The notes below the pieces were generated by a model, which had not been told where the DNA came from, did no database searches, and worked only from the letters and a program-made list of their open reading frames with translations. A DNA stretch of 64,000 bases from Octopus vulgaris. Its lineage: Eukaryota. Both the position numbers and the translations under genes were made by a program. Positions 37,995 to 51,920 of the stretch are shown here, piece after piece. The DNA lies in contig OX597824.1 of NCBI GenBank assembly GCA_951406725.2, positions 38,254,001 through 38,318,000 of the forward strand, given 5' to 3'. Positions within the stretch are counted from its first letter, which is position 1. The number at the start of each line of letters is the position of its first letter.

Positions 37995-38232
37995 ATTTAT
38001 TTCTTTATCGCCCACAAGAGGCTACAAACAGAGGGGTCAAACAAGGACAGACAAACGGAGTAAGTCGATTACATCGACCCCAGTGCGTAACTGGTACTTA
38101 ATTTTTCGACCCCGAATTGATGAAAGGCAAAGTCGACCTCGCCGGAATTTGAACTCAGAACGTAGCGGCAGACGAAATACGGCTCCGCACTTTGTCGGGC
38201 GTGCTAACGTTTCTGCCAGCTCGCTGCCTTTC
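37995..38232 (-). mobile_element. Nin-domain-like SINE monomer
   Basis: Same head (GGCAGCGAGCTGGCAGAAACGTTAGC...GAGTTCAAATTCC) and body as the dimers. Confidence 0.85.
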
Positions 38233-39186
38233 CGATAATTTTCTATTGTAATATTTAAACATTTTAAAGTCAAGTTCACAAACTTCGCGATTCTACGCAA
38301 ACCTTTGACAGTGGGAGAGGTGATAAAGATCTTGCTTCACCAATGGTCAGCGATCGTGTGAAACCGAACAACAGATTAATTCTATACCACTGATAAAAAA
38401 AAAAGTTGCTTGAAAGGGATAGCATACAGGTTCTCTCTGCCAAATTTTACTCATAAAGCGTTGAATGATGCGAGTCTGCTAAAGATGTCACGCAATGGAC
38501 ACCAGTGCGAGGGTATTTTCATAACTACAGGATCATGATTCTGCTCAGGTTTTCAGCTTTCGGTTATAAGAAATGTGTACGACTGCAGTGAAGGGCCATA
38601 TGAAGAAGAGGCTTTTTAGTTGGAGAAGAGGCCTTCGTAGTAGTGGTAGAAAAAGTAGTGAGAACAAACAGTGCGCCCGTGAGTTAATCCGTGTTGATAT
38701 CTTCTGGTAAGCGAGTCTTTGATAATCGATACATTGGTCTAACTTCGTACGATTTTCAGCGATTGTCATAGAACAAGACCTTAGCTAAAAGGTGTCTTCA
38801 ATTTATGCTATTTTTGTTTTTCAGAAAGAGATGAACATCACAATATTTTATTTCATCGCTTCTGAAATTACAAGCCCGTTTTGTTTCAACATAAGTAATA
38901 AAATTTGAAGTAAAAATATACGAAGAAATTTTGGGCTTAGAACATGATAATATTTATGGAATAAGTGTTATGCATTCTTTCAATTTCGGTCAAGAGGATG
39001 GAACCAGGAAACATGTGGTTGGGAAGCAAGCTTCTTACCACACAGCTACGATGCCCCTAAAGGTATATATATAAATTTGTGTATATAAGAACCACCCTCT
39101 GACTGGTCTGCTCCCCTCTCTCTCTCTCCCTGTGTATATATATCTATATATATATCTATCTATCTGTACATACATACATACATACA

Positions 39187-39287
<101 letters not shown>

Positions 39288-39702
39288 AAATGCATATATA
39301 TGTTTGTATCTACACACACATGCACACATACATACAATCACAAATGCACGCCGACACATGTTCTCACGTTGGTGTACACGTGTATGTACGAGTATGTATG
39401 TGTATTTATACAAGATATTTATAGTATACTTCCGCTCTTACCGAGATGCAGAGATCTATTCATAAACAGAATTAGTTCGTAGGAGTTAGGTGATTTTTTT
39501 TTGTTGATATTGCTTTTTTTTCTCATCTCATCTTTTTCTTTTTTTTTTCGAAAGATAACTATGTAAACCATGACATTTTTAACTGTTTCAATTTAGTACC
39601 ATCATTTTGACTCATTTAATACCGTTATCAGGATCCTGTTGCGGTGAAAATTCTTAGAACATGTTCCAAAAAGAAAGAAAAAAAAAATATATATATAAGA
39701 AA

Positions 39703-39771
<69 letters not shown>

Positions 39772-40294
39772 ACACACATACACACATACATACACACACA
39801 CTCACACACATATACACACACACTCAGACACACTCACACACACATACACACATACATACACACACACTCACACACATACACACACACACACACACACACA
39901 ACACACACACATACACACACACAAACACAAACACACACATACACAATAAAATCAACAGGAAAATTTAATAATAAATTATTAAATACCCGTTCACCTACCC
40001 GACTACCAAACAAAAATAAAGAAATAAAAAAGTCAGAAGAGAAAAAAAAAAAATGCAAGCAAAATGGATTTTGTCCATTTATGGTATTTAACAATAATCA
40101 CATTCAGTAAAAGTTGGTACAATTTTTTGTTTTATTGTTCATTCTTCTTGTTTTTTTTCTGTTTTTTTTTCTTTCTTCTTTTTTTTTTTTGAATCTCATA
40201 TCGTCTTTTCGTCTTTTAGTTCATAGAACCAAACCAACCCACTCTTACCGTTTTTTTTTTCTGTTACCAACACATCTGGAACAAATTTCGTTGA

Positions 40295-40551
40295 AATCGT
40301 CGTCATCGGTGTCGTCGTAGTCGTCGTGCTCAGTATTATCAACATCACCATCGTCGTCGTGGTCGTCGTCATCATCGTCGTCGTCGTCGTCACCATAGTC
40401 TTGTTGTTGTTGTTGTTCTTCTTCTTCTTCTTCTTCTTCTTCTTCTTCTTCTTCTTCTTCTTCTTCTTCTTCTTCTTCTTCTTCTTCTTCTTCTTCTTTC
40501 TTCTTCTTCTTCTTCTTCTTCTTCTTCTTCTTCTTCTTCTTTCTTCTTCTT

Positions 40552-40581
<30 letters not shown>
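40295..40581. repeat. compound (TCG)n-(TTG)n-(TTC)n microsatellite
   Basis: Direct reading of the sequence. Confidence 0.95.
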
Positions 40582-40582
<1 letters not shown>

Positions 40583-40885
40583 GGCAAGCTGCTTTTCTCA
40601 TTTGAAACGAGTAAGTTGTTTTTTTAAATAAAATAATAAATTCGAAAACGAAGAATATTTACTTTCTCTTCTCTTCTATTCTATTCTTTTCTTTTCATCT
40701 GGTCTATTTTTCTTTCTTTTGTTAGAAGAACTTCTGGAATGAAGAATATTCCAAACTACAAGAATGTCGTAGTATGTATTTGAACTGCTTATGTTGGAGA
40801 AAGAATGCAACGCACAAGCACTCATAGAAATACACACGCGCACGTATTTGTATGTATGTCTGTGCGTGTGTATACGCGCGCGCGC

Positions 40886-40936
<51 letters not shown>

Positions 40937-41129
40937 CAAACAAAAGAAATATACCTTCGTAGAATTTCACCTGAGACAAAAGTATGTGAATAAGAATTTG
41001 CAGAAGAAATATAACAAATGACAGAATGCGATTCCAAAGAAGTAACAGCCAAATATCTTTTAAATCGTTCACTAACGCTTAAAATGGAGAGCATATTTTA
41101 TAATAGAGTCCAAGATATAGTGTCTAAAA

Positions 41130-41900
41130 ATGGCTGAACTAGAGACAAGGTCCCTTAATTTCCAAGATTAAAATCAAGAAGGACACATTTAATAATGTAG
41201 CCCTAGGTTTCGTATACATGAAAAAAATCGACTTGATCGGTCGATTTCCAATAAATAACAGCTCAATTCCTCTTAAATCAAGACATATTTGAACTAGAGA
41301 CAAAGTCACTCGATTTCCAAGAAATATCAACCAATTGTCTCTTCAATCATAAGCTTCGGTTTTAAAATCGAGAAGGACACATTTAATAATGTAATCCGAA
41401 ATATACTATGCCAGACTTAGTGACAAAGTCGCTCGGTTTCTAAGAAATATTGGCCATATTTTTCTTCGATCGTACGCTTCCATTTTAAAATCGAGAAGGG
41501 ACACATTTGCTAATGTAGTTCTAGATATATAATACGCTAGCATATTAAAATTGATAAAGACACATTTGGTAATGTATCCTAGATATATATTTTATCAGAA
41601 AAATATGCCTGAACTAGAGACAAGGTCACTCGATTTCCAACATATAGCAGCTCAGTATCTCTTCAACCTGTCGCCTTAAAATCGATTAGGACACAGTAAG
41701 GACACGTTTGGTAATGTATTTTTAAATGTATTATGTCTGAAAAACAAAAACCGTTCGATCAGAAACAAGTCTCTTAATTTCCAAGAAATAACAAGCCAAA
41801 TTTCTCTTAAATTGTACGATACCACTTAAAAATCGTGAAGGACATATTTGATAATGTAGTCTTACATAAGCTATGTTTGATAATGTAGTCTTAGATAAAT
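41130..41900 (+). repeat. degenerate minisatellite, about 5 irregular units of 120-200 bp
   Basis: GAACTAGAGACAA.GTC.CT..ATTTCCAA and AAAATCGA.AAGGACACATTT..TAATGTA recur at about 41136, 41291, 41414, 41611 and 41758. Confidence 0.8.
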
Positions 41901-41986
41901 CGATGTAAATGTCACGGTTGAAACCACTTCGATCGGTAATCTACTCCATCTAACTCGACTTGAGGGAGGAAGGAAGGGAGTAAAGC

Positions 41987-42034
<48 letters not shown>

Positions 42035-42149
42035 GCAGCAGCAGCAGCAGTAACAACAACTACAATAGCAACAACAGTAAATGGATCTCAGTCGTTTTCG
42101 GCTATGAACACTCAATAGTTCGATCAACTAATCGACCTGATCATTGAAT

Positions 42150-43450
42150 TAGAGTCTTAGCGGCTGAGTATTCCACAGACACGTATACCTTTAATGTAAT
42201 TCTCAGGTAGGATCAACATGATACTGATTATGACTAGACTCCATCTTTTGAACTACAGGTAATATCTATCAAATGGGCGTTCATGCAGTTCCCATCTGCC
42301 CCAATTTCACTTACACAGTTTAGGTCAATACGAGGTAATGGTAACGCATTTCTCCATACAGAGGAATGGAACCCAGAAACCTCGTTGTTGAGAAGAGAAC
42401 GGCTTAATGCTATTGGTCCCAACAACAGAACAAGGAAACATTGAACAAAGTAATCCTAGATACATTATGTCAAAAAATTCGAGGAAATAATCACAGATAA
42501 ATTGGCATTAATTATGTACCTACTCTATCGGGACTGACATGTGGGTTAAATAATAGTTTCTGATCCAACAATTTTGAGAGTAGGGGTGTTAGCCCTTACT
42601 ACATCACTTATACTTTTATTTCTGATCGAGTCCTGTGGAATGAAAGCAAAGTAGACCACGGCGGAATTGAAACACAAAATGTAAAGAGCCAAAACAATTA
42701 CTGCAAAGCATCTTTTTATGACGCTCTAATTTACCAATCCACGGTCTTATTTAACCTGAAGCTAAATAATCATCTACTATGAGTGCAAGGCCTGAATTTT
42801 TGCAGGGCGGTGTTAGTTGATTACATCGAGCCAAGTGCCCAACTGGTACTTATTCTATCGACCTCGGAAGGATGAAAAGCAAAGTCGGCTTCGGTACATT
42901 TGAACTTAGAATGTAAAGAGCTGGAAGAAATGCCGCCAAACATTTTACCTGGCGCAGTGACAGTTTTGCTAGGACGTCGCCTTTCTGGAGTGAGATAATC
43001 CTCACAGCTATAGGCGCAAGGCCGGCAATTTTTGCAGGAGGTGGATAGGTGATTACATCAACCACAGTACTCAGCTGGTACTTATTTCACCGGCCTCGAA
43101 AGGATGAAAGGCAAAAATCGATCTCGGTGGAATTTGAACTCAGAACGTAAAGACTACATAATACCGCTAAGACTTTTGTCCGGCATGCTAAAGATTCCGT
43201 CAGCTTGCTTTATTTTTAAAACTAAGCTGGCCCCGGCGAGATTTGAATTCCGAGGGTGGAGAGTCAAATTAATACCGCGAAGCATTCTGTGCAACATTCT
43301 ACAAACTTTACCAATTCTCTAGCCGGATAAATTTTTGGAGGAGGGCGCAAGTCGATTACACCAACTCCAGTACACTCAACCACTTATTTTATCGACTTCA
43401 AAAGGATGAAAAGCGAAGTCAACCACGGCGGAATTTGAACTCAAAAGCTG
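42150..43450 (-). mobile_element. cluster of old SINE fragments (one possibly Meta-domain-like, four Nin-domain-like)
   Basis: GTATTCCACAGACACGT at about 42168; repeated GGATGAAA.GCAAAGTC...GGAATTTGAACTCA. Confidence 0.6.
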
Positions 43451-44398
43451 AAGTTAAATAACATTAACAAAAAACAACCCGGAAATTAGGTTGGTTAATT
43501 ACTTTTTACGCTTTAATTATTTATAGTTGGCTTTCGTAGAAGTCGAACAAAGAGCTTTATTAACAGGAAAATATGGAAGATGGATGAAAAGTTTGAACTG
43601 CAGCTGTTGTACAGACTCTGCAGATATTGTACAGACTCTACGAGAGGCACGAAACATCCATTATTTTATTTACTGAAACCAGTTTTACTGGTTACTCGTT
43701 GGTGGATACACGTGATGGATTCTAGTCAAGTAACTTTATTTAACGCAGTGGTGCATGCGATAAGTGCTAGCCATCTTCCGCGAACTCGTATAACTTCGTA
43801 ACATGTATCATACTTTCACTAAATGTTTTAGGAGCCGATGTAATCGCCAGCAGATATAAACTCTCTCTCTCTCCCTATGACCCTGCGATACACCAGGTTG
43901 TGTCACATGGAGGGAGTGTGTGAGCAAAAAAGAAAGAAAAAAAGAGTTGAACCAGATTTAGGTTGGTACTCATTTTTAGCTGAGCTCTTGAGCAGGACAC
44001 AGGAGCAATATGAAATAAAGTGACTTGCTGAAGGACACAGCGCACTAACCGGTCCAGGAACTGAATCCACAATATCATTATTGTGAGCCGAACACTCTAA
44101 TCACTAGGCCACATTCCTTCACAGTGCTTGAGATAAATATATTTATGTATTATATATCACAGTGTACATCTGTGTGTATGTATGCTTGTAAGTACATGTT
44201 ATCCTTGAGTTATATTTAAGTTATTCGTGGAGTTCAGGCCGGTCAGTTACAAACTGATAAAGCCTTTGATTATTTTATTTGAGTCAAAAAGTTCCGGTAG
44301 ATTATGAATATAAAAGTGAGTTAATGTATGCATATATTTTGCTGTACGTGCACGCACATATGTGTTGGCGTATGTGTGCATATGTGTTGATGCATGTA

Positions 44399-44449
<51 letters not shown>

Positions 44450-44607
44450 ACCCCCTTCGGTCATGAATGACCATGGGATTGCACCTAGAAAGTTACCCTC
44501 CTAGACACAAGTCTGGGCAAGGTTTTTTTATAAAATTTTTTTTACGGAAGGCCAGCAGTCGCCCATGCATACCAGCCTCGCCTCTCCACGCGACCAGTGT
44601 TATCAAA

Positions 44608-44666
<59 letters not shown>

Positions 44667-45414
44667 GTGCATATACTTGTCTCGTAAGTACACGATTGTA
44701 CGTGTGTGGTTAATCTGTTAGTTTGTGCATGTGCGTCATATGCACAGCTGTGCCTGTAGAATAATTGTTCGAGTTTCTTGGAAAGAACATATAAACATAC
44801 TGGTTGTGTGTATATATTTATTCTAAGAAACTCAAATGGAGAAATATTGAAATGTTTTACGGATCTTTACAGTGTAAATATTCATTTCGATTTGGAGGAT
44901 GTGAGTTAATAGTATGACCTTTATTCCTTACCCTAGGCTTGTTGAGTTTGCACCAGATTACTTTCTTATTTCTATGCAGTCCTTTTTATTTTCAAAGGAT
45001 ATATTCTCGTTATGGCGTATCACAGTCAAGACAATCTCTCCTAGTCTTGGTATCAATGTCATGCTTTATGGGTAGGTAACATCTAAGTACAACTGTCTGG
45101 TGATATGGTGAATGTTTCTCTTCCAAGTAGATTAGAGCAGCTCTTCCTGGGATACATCGAGTAACTGTGCAACCACAATACCTATTTTAAGAGTTCTTCA
45201 TCTAGTTTCAAGATGTTAATTCTTTTACAGTTAAATTCACATATAATGTAGACAGTTCTCCCTTTAATGTACAGTAGAAGTCTGAGTGACATGATGCGAT
45301 ACTGAAAAGCTGTATGAACTAAACTAATGCCTCTGCCTACATCATTCTGTTTAGCAAAAATATCACTTAATACTGATTTGAAATTTTGGCACAAGGCCAG
45401 CAATTCCTAACGAG

Positions 45415-45584
45415 GGAATAAGTCGATTACATCGACCCCATTGTTCAACTGGTACTTATTTTATCAACTCAGAAAGGATAAAAGGCAAAGTCGACTTCGG
45501 CGGAATTTGAACTCAGAACATAAAGACGGACGAAGTGCCGCTAAGCATTTTGCCCGACGTACTAACGATTCTACCAGCTCGCCG

Positions 45585-45585
<1 letters not shown>
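45415..45585 (-). mobile_element. Nin-domain-like SINE
   Basis: Homology to the 37 kb copies. Confidence 0.75.
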
Positions 45586-45639
<54 letters not shown>

Positions 45640-45649
45640 GCAAGGAGCG

Positions 45650-46848
45650 GAATTCGTACACGTAAAATCATACATGTCTCTACATATCACATTGTAAATT
45701 GCAACTTTCCACAAGCGTTCGTTTGTCTTTTACGGCTACTGAAGTGGACTAAGGTCTTATAATGGAGGCAGTTGAATGCAAATTAATGATCAGGTTCTTA
45801 TACAGGAAAGTTCGTAGATCAAAAGAGACTTTCGATGAGATGAAAGAAGTTTATGATGACGATGCACCAGCATACGAAATTCGAATGTGGTCGGACATCG
45901 GTGGAAACTGCTTCTGTTCATGCATGACCTCATTCCACCATTGATGATGACCCCATCTATATAGTGGAAGCCGCCATTTTAGAGGATCGCCGCATGAATA
46001 TTCACTAGCACAAGAAGTGAAGGTAAGTGTAGGGTCCGTGGAAAAAATCATTCCCGAACATTTGCACATGCGGAAGTTGTCTGAACGATGGATTCCCTGG
46101 ATACTCATACCTTCTCAGAAGCAGGAACGAGTCAATTGCTCTCAGGCTCTTTTGGCAATGCGCCAAGAAAACGGGGAAGACTTTTTCGGCAGACTTATCA
46201 CACAGGATGAAACGTGGGTCCATCATTATGACGCTGAGACTAAAGTCCGGTCGAAGTAATGGAAGCATGATAACTCACCACCTCCAAAGAATACTCGTAT
46301 CCAACCCTCAGCAGGCAAGGTGATGCTCATAGTCTTTTAGAATAGTGATGATGGATTTTCTGGAAAAGGGTGCCACAATTAACGGGTCATATTATGCTTC
46401 TCTGCTGCAGAAATTGCAGGACGCCATCAAAGCAGAGAGGCGTGGCATGCTGACCGAAGGAGTCCGTCTGCTCCAAGACAACGTCTCAGTTCACAATACA
46501 CATGTTGCCCAGATGAAAGTACACTCTTGCGGATATGAAATCCTTTCTCATAGCCCGTACTCTCCCAGCCTTGTACCACCTCACTTCCATCTCTTTCCGC
46601 CTACGAATTCTTTTTTGAAAAGGAAGCACTTTTGAAATGATGATGAACTTATTTCTAAGATAAAGTTTTGGCCCCGGACGCAACCTACCGACTTCTACAG
46701 ACGAGGTCTTCAGAGCTGCATAAAGCGATGGGAGAAGTGTGTCATCATTGGCGGTGGCTATGTAGAAAAGGATTAATAATTATGTCAACTTTCGTTTACC
46801 TCAGTCTTTGAGAAATGGGTCAGGGAAAATCTTTAATGAACACCCCCG
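45650..46848 (+). mobile_element. mariner (DD34D-type) transposon remnant
   Basis: WIPWIL, ITQDETWVHHY, LLQDN..VH, HSPYSPSLVP..FHLF; right terminus ...TTTAATGAACACCCCCG|TA; contains stops and frameshifts. Confidence 0.88.
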
Positions 46849-47329
46849 TAAGAACATTATTGGATATGATCATTATTGAATTGGAAAACCAACATATCGT
46901 ACATTCTGAAGTCTACTTAAGTATTCATTTGTTCAACCTATGCAATATTTGTACAAATTCCGAAATATTTGTAACATTCTCTATTAGAGATAGGGGGAAA
47001 TATACACGCCATTGACTTACATATTATTGTCTTGTCAAGTGCCAACCAATTATGAACACTTATCCAATTCAGATTCCATTTACTATTTCCTGCGACCAGT
47101 TCTGACTATGCATTTCGTATTGTTTAAGCAAAAACATCATGCAGCAGTGGGCTATACTACTGCATATTCCCCACACTTCCTCTATACGCCTATTACTCGA
47201 CAGTTATTATGTTGTTTTATTCACAACGAGCTTTGAGGAATTGGAGGTATGTGTAAAATTTGTAAATAGAACAGGTAAGTAGTGGGAGCATAATTTTCGA
47301 CGAAGTCAACGTTTTCATTTTTGGGCAAC

Positions 47330-47550
47330 ATGTATGTATGTATGTATGTATGTATGCATGTATGTATGTATGTATGTATGTATGCATGTATGTATGTATG
47401 TATGTATGTATGTATGTATGTATGTATGTGTGTGTGTGTATGTATGTATGTATGTATGTATGTATGTGTGTGTGTGTATGCATGTATGTATGTATGTATG
47501 TGTGTATGTATGCATGTATGTATGTATGTATGTATGTATGTATGTATGTA

Positions 47551-47581
<31 letters not shown>

Positions 47582-47975
47582 ATGTATGTATGTATGTATG
47601 TGTGTGTGTATGCATGTATGTATGTATGTATGTATGTATGTATGTATGTATGTATGTATGCATGCATGCATGTATGTATGTATGTATGTATATATGCATG
47701 CATGTATGTGTGTATGCATGTATCTATGTATGTAGGTATACATACATGCATGTATGTAAACATGTATGTATGCATGTATGAATGTATGTATGCATGTATC
47801 TATGTAAGCACGTACGCATGTATGTATATATATATATACATGTATGGATACATATATGCACGTATGAATGAACGTATGCGTGTATCTATGTTTGTATGCA
47901 TACATCTATATGTGTATGTATACATGGATGTCTGTATGTATGTATGTATGCATGCATGTATGTATGTACGCATGT
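47330..47975. repeat. (TATG)n microsatellite field
   Basis: Direct reading of the sequence. Confidence 0.95.
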
Positions 47976-48229
47976 TAAGTATATTCCTTTGGGATCTATT
48001 CTAAATATCTTTTCCTTTCCAGAACAAAAGCCGATAACAAACAAAAAGTGACAAGGCTACTTTGTTTAAGTGAAGACAGCCCTTGGTGATTACGGTTACC
48101 CGAATTTACTGATGCATGCACGAATGCGTGCGTGTGCATAAACTTACACTCGTGGATATGTGTATGAGTATGATGCATTAGAATGCGAGTGGGTAGATAT
48201 CATTACTGTTCATGTGTGTAATTCATATA

Positions 48230-49860
48230 CAGTTGCGGCCAAAATGTTCAGAACGGCATTGTTTTTGTCAGAAAAGTAGGTATAAGTTTTTATTAAAGTT
48301 GTTTTCTATTCTAAAATTTTCATACACAATAAATACGATATTAATTGGTATTGTCTGAGATTTTGGTGTAATTTGAGAGGATAATACAAAAGTTATGGAT
48401 GATATAGTGATTTACTGCAAAACCCATGGTGGCCAAAATGATCAGAACGGTTGAAAAAATAACAAAATAATCAAAAAGTGACAGAGAATTCTGGAATTAT
48501 TTCATATTTAGTGTGAAGCCCTTTAGCTTCAATCAAAGTTTGACATTTTCGACTGCATGGGGAAATTAAATTTTCAATTTCTTGCTGGGTGATCTTATTC
48601 CATTCTTCCTGAAGGGCATTCCATAATTGCTCGGTTGTTTTAGGATTTCTGGCTTTCAAACGTTCGCCTAGAATATTCCACACATTTTCAATAGGATTGA
48701 GGTCTGGGCTTTGAGCAGGCCAATCCATAACAATAACCTTTTCAGCCTTGAGGAAGTTCATGACCACCTTAGCCTTGTGACATGGGGCATTGTCCTGCAT
48801 GAAAATGGGTGGTCGCTTAGTTGAATTTCTCAGCAAAGGCAAGACATGATCTTTTACAAGTTGTTTATAAACTCCTGCATTTACCTTTCCATGTAATCGC
48901 AGCAAAGGGCCCACAACATCTCCAGATATCATCCCCCAAACCATGACACTTCCTCCACCGAATTTAACACTAGTCTTAAGGCATTTAGGCAACAATTTTT
49001 CACCTGCTTTTCGACAAACGTACCTTTTCCCATCTAAGCTAAATAACATAGACTTAGATTCATCACTGAAATGCACCGTTTGCCATTTTACTTGAGACCA
49101 CAACACATGTTCGGTTGCAAAGGTAAGACGACACTTTTTTATTCTTGGAGCTGATCAGTGGCTTCACTGCAGGTGCTCTTGCTTATAGATCATGTTCAAC
49201 TAAAGGACGAGACACAGTTTTACGAGATAAAGTTTTCTTCAGTACAATGCTCATTTCCCGAAAAACAGCAGCAGCAGTTTTAAATCTGTCCTTTTTAACC
49301 AACTTTACCATAGCACGATCTTCTCTCTTGGTCGTTTATCTTGGCCTACCTGAAGACTTTCTTGCTTCACACGAACCACAATCATCGTAGACCTTAAGAA
49401 TACCGTGTACAACACTTTTTGACTTGTTAACAATCTTTGCAATAGACCTAATACTTAAATTATCCTTCTTTCGAAGCTTAATAATCTGCTGACGAATTGG
49501 TAACGGAGTAAGTGGCATTATATTAACAAAGTACACAGCAGATGTTCTTACTAATGTTTAGTAAACGAACCGTCACGTAAACAAATTCAAAACATTAGTG
49601 TTCGACGGTTAAATATACTAAAACATGGAATAAAAGCAACCGTTCTGATCATTTTGGCCGCCATGGGTTTTGCAGTAAATCACTAAATCATCCATAACTT
49701 TTGTATTATCCTCTCAAATTACACCAAAATCCCAGACAATAACAAATAATATCGTATTTATTGTCTGTGAAAATTATAGAATATAAAACAACTTTGATAA
49801 AAACTTATACCTACTTTTCTGACAAAAACAATGCCGTTCTGAACATTTTGGCCGCAACTG
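48230..49860 (-). mobile_element. full-length Tc1 (DD34E) transposon with about 220-bp IR/DR inverted repeats and TA target duplication
   Basis: TA|CAGTTGCGGCCAAAATGTTCAGAACGG ... CCGTTCTGAACATTTTGGCCGCAACTG|TA; TIRs at 48230-48452 and 49638-49860. Confidence 0.97.
48471..49518 (-). pseudogene. Tc1 transposase with two frameshifts and one in-frame stop
   Basis: MPLTPL...GRPR; FSDES; QDNAPCH-x-SPDLNPIEN (D-x34-E). Confidence 0.93.
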
Positions 49861-49899
49861 TATACGTGATGTCCTTATTTGACTTGTTATGTATATCCT

Positions 49900-51564
49900 A
49901 TTGTCCGACTTGTACAGGACAGTGACCGCTTGACGACATTCTAAGTGTCGGCCTATCCTTTACCAAGGACTGCAGCTCCGTCAAGGAGACGAGTTGCGGA
50001 AAGGCGTATCTCAAACGGAGCCCACGCACGTTCACCTTGTAAAAATCGCTGCAGGTGGCGCAACCCGAATGCATGTCTGCACATCAAAAGCCATGGTATA
50101 CCTAAGCCGCCACGCAAAGGATGTTGGCAGCTTTATTTTCGAGAAGCCCGGTATTTTCGGGTCTCTCTACCGCCGAAAAGTTTTTAAAAGGTCCTTCCAC
50201 CAGCCTTTTATCAACAGATTTTTAAAAGATCCCCACACTACTTGGGAATTTTTCTGCTACAGTTTTATAAACGTCTGAAGACGTTTTAATTACAAGTCTG
50301 TCCTTGCGGATTTTGAGGATGAAATCATGAAGTTCCTTTCCTTCTGTCTATTTTGTTTTTGTTTTGGCTTACACAATCCATCAATTCACTGTTACACTTG
50401 TTCACAACAGTACAATTGATGGAGACATTTCATCTACAGCCTGATGAATTATTTTTGAATTTCTGTAATTGGTTGTTTCTGTGTTTCTATGATTTCATGC
50501 TGTTGTTGATGATATTACTGTTTTTGAATTTGTTGATCTTGTTCTTGTTGTTTTTTGTTGGAGTGGTTGTGAATTATGTTGCAGTTGTGGTTTCAGAATA
50601 AGATTTTGTTGATTTCTTGGAGCAGGGCTATGTACTCTCCTCCTCTTTCGTCTACCCCCTTTTGTCACTGTTCGGCTCTTCATTCTCCATTTATCGTTCG
50701 GCTCTTCTTTCTCCATGTCATTTCAGTTGATGTTGGCCTGGGAGGAAAAGCATTCAGGAGAAACTTGCTTTTCCGTGGCAACCGGGAGTAGACTCCTTGA
50801 TTCCTTCTTTGTCTTGGTTTGACAGCGGATGTGAGCGTAGGTGTGGTGGGTAGGTGTAGGAGTCTCGAGCACTTGTTTATGATTTTGCATTTGTATTTGT
50901 AATGTTGGCAGCAGTGGAATTTTATTTTTCCTTTTTCAAGGCAGAAAGCCTTTAAGTGATTTACAGATCCACATTTGTGGCATCTTGGCTTTCTAACCGC
51001 CATGAACACTAGCAGGTGAGTACCATCCGGGAGATCGATTAGATCGGGCAGCTGGTCGATATAGTCCTGCTTGCATTGCAAGGTCAGTTCCATACTTATA
51101 CCTGACCAGTTTTGCTTAGATATTTTCTAAGGTAGTTGCTTAGGTAGTTTCTTGACCTCTAATATTGTGACTTCATCTTCTTCTAAGCCTGCCAGACGGC
51201 CGTCACTAACCAGGTAATGGATATTTCTGGCGGCACATTCAGTACCCTAATCTTAGCAAGGCGTTGGTCGTGATAGCTGGGGATTAAGAAAAAGTTATCA
51301 TTCCTCAAAGTGGTGGTGGAATTACATCTAGCTTCTTCATCGTCCCAAATCTCGCCACAATGGTTCCAAACTTCTATACTCGGGTGATGTGGATCTTCTG
51401 TTCCCACACGCTCCAGAGGCATCTCTTTTTTACAATTTTTCTTGCCAGTTTCAATTCTTTTTCATCTACGTGTAAACTTTCCATATTTCCCGCCGCAGAC
51501 GCAAAAGACGCAGAGGCGATATTTGTGTTTTTATGTTTCACTTCTTTCGTATTGTTCTTGTTAC

Positions 51565-51595
<31 letters not shown>

Positions 51596-51920
51596 GCTGC
51601 TGTCACTGCTGTCACTGCTGCTGTTGCTGTTGTCTTCTTCTTCCAATCAGGACTCACGACATTAGCCACATAGAATAATCTCTAATTCGAGCCTACTCTA
51701 AGCTACTAAGAATGCGTGTGGCAACTTGAAGATCCACCCACCACACGCGATAGACTGGCGGTTGCACGGGCGCGAAAGCTATGTTGTTATCCTCATTTCG
51801 CAAACGGTGGCTTTTAACGGGTGGAGAGCTGAACCATCCTCGGGCACAGAAGATTCGCAATTTAGACTAGGGTCTAAAAGTTTACCACACCATAGTGGGT
51901 TACACCGTGGTTCCTCTGCT
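49900..51920 (-). mobile_element. Tx1/L1-like LINE: 5'UTR, ORF1 with zinc knuckle, and a fused ORF2 fragment
   Basis: AKIRVLNVPPEI, KPRCHKCGSVNHLKAFC (CCHC); GLGIPWLLMCRHAFGLRHLQRF at about 50045-50110. Confidence 0.7.

Noticed and set aside
40245-40601. Poly-R/K/E/D protein ORF
   Set aside because: It is a compound trinucleotide repeat that is open in several frames.
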